Source of the DNA: a virus
Lineage: Duplodnaviria; Heunggongvirae; Uroviricota; Caudoviricetes
DNA length: 64,000 nucleotides
Strand: one strand, 5' to 3'
Virus record (IMG/VR): IMGVR_UViG_3300030332_001481
Span: 195,486-259,485 of that record
The position numbers and the translations under genes are program-made. Positions within the stretch are counted from its first letter, which is position 1, and every line of letters begins with the position of its first letter. This document shows, piece by piece, positions 59,504 through 64,000 of the stretch. The notes below the pieces were generated by a model. It had not been told where the DNA came from and did no database searches. It worked only from the letters and a program-made list of their open reading frames with translations.

Positions 59504-60448
59504 CTAGACGTGCCTGAAGATGACAGCGCCGTTGTTCATGGCATCCCGCACAACCACAGGAAGTGATTCCAGGGTGAACAGCGTGTCGCCCTTCTCACCG
59601 GTACGCTCGTCAGTGAGGCACACGCCCGCTTCGAGAATGGACATCATCGAGTCACAAACACACTCGAAGCGCCTCCCGTCGTCCAGCTGGTACCTAACTA
59701 CATGCTCGTTGCGGCTTCTTCCAGCACGGATGCTCAGAAGAGACGCCCCACCCACGGCCAGAGCTGCACGTGCCGCCTCTTCGAAGTCTAGGGCGGCCAT
59801 CTGACGACGGCCCGCTCCATCTCCAAGGCTCTCGCGAATAGACGCGATACGTGCCTCTTCTTCTCGGCGACGCTCCTCGGCTTCCCTACGGAGGCGTGCT
59901 TCTTCTCGCAGGCGCTCCTGCTGAGCCCTGTACCAGGTCCTGGCGCGGAACGCAAGGTCCAGTGCTGGTGCTACACCTGAAATCGAGTTCAGGCTGTCCT
60001 CCTGGCTCTCGAAAGCCTCGGTGACCTCACCCTCTGGCCCGAGAGGGAAAGCCTGCTGCACGTAGTACAGAGGTCCACCATCAACCAGGCGACACACCTC
60101 TACCCGGTCGAAGAAGTCCAAGCCAGGCTCGATGAGTCGAACTCTTTCAAAGCGATCACCCAGGCGCTCAAGGGAGCACTCTCCTCCTTCGAGGTCGGAG
60201 ACAAAGAAATCACCCACGAGGTACCCGAGCTGGGTCTTTGCGTCAGCGTTTTCTACTGCCTCGATGGCATCGGCTTCTTGTGGGTCCGAGGCGACGCGTC
60301 CTGAGACCTCCCAGGAGTAGAACCCAGGCTCCTCAGGCAATCTGCCACGGATCTTCCACTTACGTGGACCGAGCCGGAGAGACCTACCACCCGTCCAAGG
60401 GGCGACGACTCTCTCGTCTTCTTCCTGTAGTAGGTCTCTCCAGCTCAT
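59504..60448 (-). CDS. uncharacterised protein of the TROVE/Ubl locus
   Basis: 314 aa; N-terminal globular domain, coiled coil, C-terminal domain with FECVCD and AGVCL. Confidence 0.8.
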   Translation of the reverse strand: MSWRDLLQEEDERVVAPWTGGRSLRLGPRKWKIRGRLPEEPGFYSWEVSGRVASDPQEADAIEAVENADAKTQLGYLVGDFFVSDLEGGECSLERLGDRFERVRLIEPGLDFFDRVEVCRLVDGGPLYYVQQAFPLGPEGEVTEAFESQEDSLNSISGVAPALDLAFRARTWYRAQQERLREEARLRREAEERRREEEARIASIRESLGDGAGRRQMAALDFEEAARAALAVGGASLLSIRAGRSRNEHVVRYQLDDGRRFECVCDSMMSILEAGVCLTDERTGEKGDTLFTLESLPVVVRDAMNNGAVIFRHV

Positions 60449-60452
60449 GGTT

Positions 60453-60716
60453 CTATCCGTTCTTGTCGGGAGGATCTAGTAGATCTGCGACAGCCCGTGC
60501 CTCACGCGCCAGCTCAATGCGAATGTTCTCCGGAAGATTGGTGAACGCTCCGTCACTCTCCCACGTGCTCTGGTAGAGCAAAGTGGCGAGACGAGCGGTA
60601 CGCACCGAGGGGTCGGGAGCCTCGACTTTCTTCTCCCCTCCAGGGAGGATGTCATCTAGCATGTCAAGGTCTTCCAGCTTCAATTTGATCATGGGACTAG
60701 TCCTCTTCACGCCCAC
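60453..60716 (-). CDS. small hypothetical protein
   Basis: 87 aa, overlaps the end of the vWA gene. Confidence 0.5.
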   Translation of the reverse strand: MGVKRTSPMIKLKLEDLDMLDDILPGGEKKVEAPDPSVRTARLATLLYQSTWESDGAFTNLPENIRIELAREARAVADLLDPPDKNG

Positions 60717-62575
60717 GCCGGCTTCTGCAGAAGCTCGGTCTGCAGAATGGTGTCGACAAGGCTCACTCGGGCCACCCGAGTAGACCGAGTGGCGATCTCC
60801 TGGTTGACCGGGGTCGAAGCGACCAGGTTGCGGATCGTACGGGGAACCGAGTAGGGGTCCGAGAACGTGTCCTTGTCGATCAGGAAGCAGGGGATCCCCA
60901 GGCTTCCCGCCGTGGCCTGCACGATCCGGCTGTTGGCGAATCGCGGGTCACAGACACGCACGAACCCGAAGGCCATGGGCTTGAGGTTCACACACCTGTT
61001 GAACGCCGCCGTCATCGTGCCGGTCTCTTCCTCGTCGCCCACCCAGATGACGAGGATGTCGTCGTCGGGGTCATTCGGAGGAAGACGATCCATCAGCTGA
61101 ACCGCCTGCCGGTGGGCCGTACCTCCGCCAGCCTTCACGCCACGGAAGGCTGCGCGAACACCCACGGACGACGCCGCCTTGAGCTTGACCTCGCGAGCCA
61201 CCGTGTTGAAGGTGATCACTGTCACCTTCTCCAGCGGGAACGCAGTGACGACCTGCTCCAGTAGCGTCTTGGCCTCCTCGATAGACTGGGCCATCGACCC
61301 AGAAGTATCGACAGCGATGTAGATGTGCATTCCCTTGGTGGACTCTTCCACCTGGGTCTGCAGCGCCGTGTCGGCCGCCTCCTGCAGCTCGTCCTTGGTG
61401 TCCTGGCTGCGGACGTTGCGAGCGATGTTTCGCGCACGCTGGTCCTCCGCCTTCTTCACCGCGGTGCTCCAGCGCTCCTTGACCTCGCTGACCTTGAGAA
61501 GGCCCAGCTCCTCCAGGGTGGGAGTTGCGATGATGAGGTCCTTGTCGCTGAGACAGTTGGCCTCAATCGCCGCAGCCATGATGGCTCGCGTGATTCCGAC
61601 GCTGGTCGGGACCTTGCTCGCGATCACCTTCCAGCTGGGCTTGTTCTTGACGATGCGGTTGCAGATCTGCCGCTCGGTCAGCTCCTCCCACGAGTCGCTC
61701 TTCTTGAGCTTCACGTTGATGGCGATCTGACGGTGACCCTCTGAGGACTGCTTCTGCTTCCAGCGCAGAATCTCGAAGAACTTCGGGCTCTGGGGCTTGT
61801 ACCCGGTCAGCTGCGCCAGGCGCACGACGCTCTTGCGGAACCCAGCCTTCACCAGGCCCTCCAGCACCCGCGGGTTCAGCTCACGGAACCGAAGCCACTT
61901 CTCCACCGCGGAGTTGTACCGCCCGAGGAAGGGACGACGGGTCGACAGGCCGAAACCAAGGTCCCGGTTGATCTGCGCCACCTCATCGAGGTTGAGGACC
62001 TCCCGAACCCGGAGAAGCATCTTCGGGTTGAAGTCCTTCTTCTCCGCCTGCTGCAGCATCATCGCCTCGCCGACAGCACGGTAGTCGTCGTCGAAGAAGG
62101 CAACAGTGCCGCCGTCCATCTCGGGCGCACCCTTTCGGTTCTGGACCAGCATGAACGCCGCCAGAATGACCTTCAGGTCGCGGTGCTCCTGCTTGAACTG
62201 ATAGGAAGCCCAGCGTGCAGCGAACTCGTTGTCGAGCTTCCACACCTCAGCCACCTGGCTGTACATCCACTTGGCCACCTCGGGGTAGATCCCAGCCTTG
62301 CGGTAGTGCCCCACCGTTCGGGTCCCCTCCTTGATGGAGCCGTCCTCGTGGAGAACACCCACACGAACACGGTTCGTGCGTCGACCCACCTTGTCGAGGC
62401 GGTAGACGACCTTCTCGCCGTTCTCCTCCTTGTGTGTGACGGGAGCCCATCGAAGACCGATGTTCGTACGCCCGTCCGCCACGACCATACCAGGACGGTT
62501 GTGGTAGAGGTGGTCGGTGTAGCTCAGGAGCGACTGGATGATGACCTCAGCGGGACCCTTGTTCTCGTTTTCCAT
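60707..62575 (-). CDS. vWA-domain protein with a helical N-terminal region, divergent TROVE/Ro60 (Rsr)-like
   Basis: C-terminal vWA with MIDAS DTSGS, GGT and VGDEE. The ~400-aa basic helical N-terminal part has EFAARWASY and RLAQLTGYKP segments resembling TROVE. Y-like RNAs lie nearby. The vWA call is certain; TROVE is inferred. Confidence 0.65.
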   Translation of the reverse strand: MENENKGPAEVIIQSLLSYTDHLYHNRPGMVVADGRTNIGLRWAPVTHKEENGEKVVYRLDKVGRRTNRVRVGVLHEDGSIKEGTRTVGHYRKAGIYPEVAKWMYSQVAEVWKLDNEFAARWASYQFKQEHRDLKVILAAFMLVQNRKGAPEMDGGTVAFFDDDYRAVGEAMMLQQAEKKDFNPKMLLRVREVLNLDEVAQINRDLGFGLSTRRPFLGRYNSAVEKWLRFRELNPRVLEGLVKAGFRKSVVRLAQLTGYKPQSPKFFEILRWKQKQSSEGHRQIAINVKLKKSDSWEELTERQICNRIVKNKPSWKVIASKVPTSVGITRAIMAAAIEANCLSDKDLIIATPTLEELGLLKVSEVKERWSTAVKKAEDQRARNIARNVRSQDTKDELQEAADTALQTQVEESTKGMHIYIAVDTSGSMAQSIEEAKTLLEQVVTAFPLEKVTVITFNTVAREVKLKAASSVGVRAAFRGVKAGGGTAHRQAVQLMDRLPPNDPDDDILVIWVGDEEETGTMTAAFNRCVNLKPMAFGFVRVCDPRFANSRIVQATAGSLGIPCFLIDKDTFSDPYSVPRTIRNLVASTPVNQEIATRSTRVARVSLVDTILQTELLQKPAWA

Positions 62576-62656
62576 GTCTTTCGTCTTTCTTGGCTCTGGA
62601 GTAGTGGGCGTGTAGCCCGAGTTCCGGGAGCGGTGTCGAGCCTCGTCGGCTCGTAC

Positions 62657-63280
62657 TCAGCAGTGTGCCCAGGGTTGGCCGGCGAGCTTGAAGGCCGCCT
62701 CCGCCTCTAACTGTGAAGAGGAAGGGACTGCCTGGTCTCCCCACACGTGCCAGCCCTCTACCTTCCCCCGAGCGAACATCTCAAGGCGGGACCTGTCTCC
62801 GTACCCCTTTACAATGAGGTCACGGAACACCTGCGGCTTGGCGCTGTGCTCCCCTCTGGGCGCAGCGACGATCTGCGGGAGCTTGTGATCGAGCAGCGGG
62901 AACGGCCTGCCCTTCTTACACGTAGTTGCGAGAAGAAGCAACTCGGAAGTGGGCTTGGAGTACGTAGCGGGGACTCCTTGCCCATGGATGAGCTGCCCGT
63001 CCGACTTCCGGCACTTGGCCCAGATGTGAGCGATCCCCCGATAGTGAAGCCCCCACGCCTCTAGCGCTTGGATGCCAAAGTGCAGCTTGGGACCCGTCGT
63101 CCAGCAGAAGCAAGCTCCCGTCTTGTTGAGCGACTCACGGATCGGTAGCGCCTTGATGTCGTCCATGGACATCAAGTCGTAGTGCTTCCCCGCTGCTGCG
63201 TTCTTTGTGGTGGAGCCGTAGTACGGCCACGGCGGGTCGATGTAAATGATGTCGTACTTGAGGACTGGAAGTGGAAGCAT
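62657..63280 (-). CDS. MT-A70-family N6-adenine methyltransferase
   Basis: YDIIYIDPPW, HY..MS, EHSAKP, RLEMFAR, GW..WGDQ. Confidence 0.9.
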   Translation of the reverse strand: MLPLPVLKYDIIYIDPPWPYYGSTTKNAAAGKHYDLMSMDDIKALPIRESLNKTGACFCWTTGPKLHFGIQALEAWGLHYRGIAHIWAKCRKSDGQLIHGQGVPATYSKPTSELLLLATTCKKGRPFPLLDHKLPQIVAAPRGEHSAKPQVFRDLIVKGYGDRSRLEMFARGKVEGWHVWGDQAVPSSSQLEAEAAFKLAGQPWAHC

Positions 63281-63311
63281 TATCTGCCACTTTTACACGT
63301 AAAGAGACACC

Positions 63312-63779
63312 ATGACACAGATCGACCCCAAGGACGCCGAGACGATGCTCGTGTGTACGTTCCGCTACGCACTGGGGCGTCAGAGCTACATCACGGCAGA
63401 GGCCGTAGACTTCATCAAGCGTTACAAGGAGTACGTGAGCGACGCATTCCTGGAGCAGTTTTGCTCGGATATTGCTCAGCAAGGGGAGAAGCTCCCTGAC
63501 CGGGAGCACTGGCTCCGTTTCGTCACCTGGTGCCATGGGGAGATCGACAGGCGCCACCAGCCGGAGGAAGAGCTGCCTGAGTTGAATGCCGGGCACATTC
63601 AGGTGCGGTACATCAACGCGACGCCTTCTCTCGTCAACCAGAACCCTGCGGGTGTTCGCGTGACTCACCTTCCCAGCGGTCTCTTCGCAGACTCCACGGA
63701 GCACCGAAGTCGTCACAAGAACAGGATGAGCGCCATCTACCTGCTACGCAAGAAGTTGGCGGAGGAGGGAAAGAAGTGA
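63312..63779 (+). CDS. protein with a C-terminal class I release-factor-like domain lacking GGQ
   Basis: VNQNPAGVRVTHLPSG...HRSRHKNR..A...LRKKL matches RF VNKTDSAVRITHLPTG...ERSQHKNK. Confidence 0.75.
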   Translation: MTQIDPKDAETMLVCTFRYALGRQSYITAEAVDFIKRYKEYVSDAFLEQFCSDIAQQGEKLPDREHWLRFVTWCHGEIDRRHQPEEELPELNAGHIQVRYINATPSLVNQNPAGVRVTHLPSGLFADSTEHRSRHKNRMSAIYLLRKKLAEEGKK

Positions 63780-63952
63780 TCTACGAATACTTCTGCAAGA
63801 AGTGCGACAAAGAGTTTGAGGTGGAACAGCGCATCTCAGACAAGCCACTGAAGAAGTGCCCCGAGTGTAAGAGCAAGAAGATCAAGCGCCTCGTCAGCGG
63901 CGGGCAGGGCTTCCAGCTCAAGGGGAGTGGCTGGTTCAAGGACGGATACTAG
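63776..63952 (+). CDS. FmdB-family zinc ribbon protein (58 aa, not in the ORF track)
   Basis: MIYEYFCKKC...FEV.Q.ISD.PL..CPEC...KRLVS...FQLKGSGWF. Confidence 0.85.
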   Translation: MIYEYFCKKCDKEFEVEQRISDKPLKKCPECKSKKIKRLVSGGQGFQLKGSGWFKDGY

Positions 63953-64000
63953 AAGTGGTCCCCTCAGAGCCATTGGGATCCGTGCGACTGCGGCAGGCGA

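Larger units (their letters stand above)
1069..62676. promoter_or_regulatory. dispersed putative phage promoter motif AACCCTGGNNA(T/C)ACT(A/G), about 27 copies
   Basis: + strand copies start at 3301, 7920, 9282, 10222, 11364, 12763, 14213, 15813, 15906, 19047, 19861, 20436, 20808, 21292, 21711, 21899, 22429, 23082, 23661. - strand copies at 1069-1085, 29843-29858, 35173-35188 (GT variant), 41760-41775, 49708-49723, 54706-54721, 58006-58021, 62661-62676. All are co-oriented with downstream genes, mostly intergenic and often just after a terminator hairpin. Confidence 0.85.

Overview
This is a GC-rich segment of what looks like a large (jumbo-type) phage genome. It holds well over 100 short, tightly packed and mostly uncharacterised genes. 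No virion structural genes, integrase, rRNA or CRISPR array are recognisable. Genes run on - (1-2 kb), + (2-24 kb), - (24.5-63.3 kb), then +. Transcription units are marked by about 27 copies of one 16-bp motif, AACCCTGGNNA(T/C)ACT(A/G), always co-oriented with the genes, which is probably a phage-specific promoter. Recognisable products include AlkB-type dioxygenase, NADAR, DUF1643, Gp37/Gp68 (DUF5131), SLOG-like, ASCH-like, ClpP, GIY-YIG, a nucleotidyltransferase, a class II aaRS-like domain, MazG-like, GNAT, an MT-A70 methyltransferase, a GGQ-less release-factor domain and an FmdB zinc ribbon. The standout is a minus-strand locus at 55.9-62.7 kb. It encodes a TROVE/Ro60-like vWA protein, an unknown Cys-containing protein, a JAB/MPN deconjugase, a ubiquitin-like protein ending in Gly and a ThiF/E1 enzyme. 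These are followed directly by five structured, tRNA-mimicking non-coding RNAs: a circularly permuted tRNA with a UCA anticodon, two long-arm tRNA-like paralogues with compensatory base changes, a tRNA-Arg-like fold inside a long stem, and a multi-hairpin RNA. Four of the five share a TACA(C/A)GCA motif. All family assignments come from motifs recognised by eye; no database search was run.
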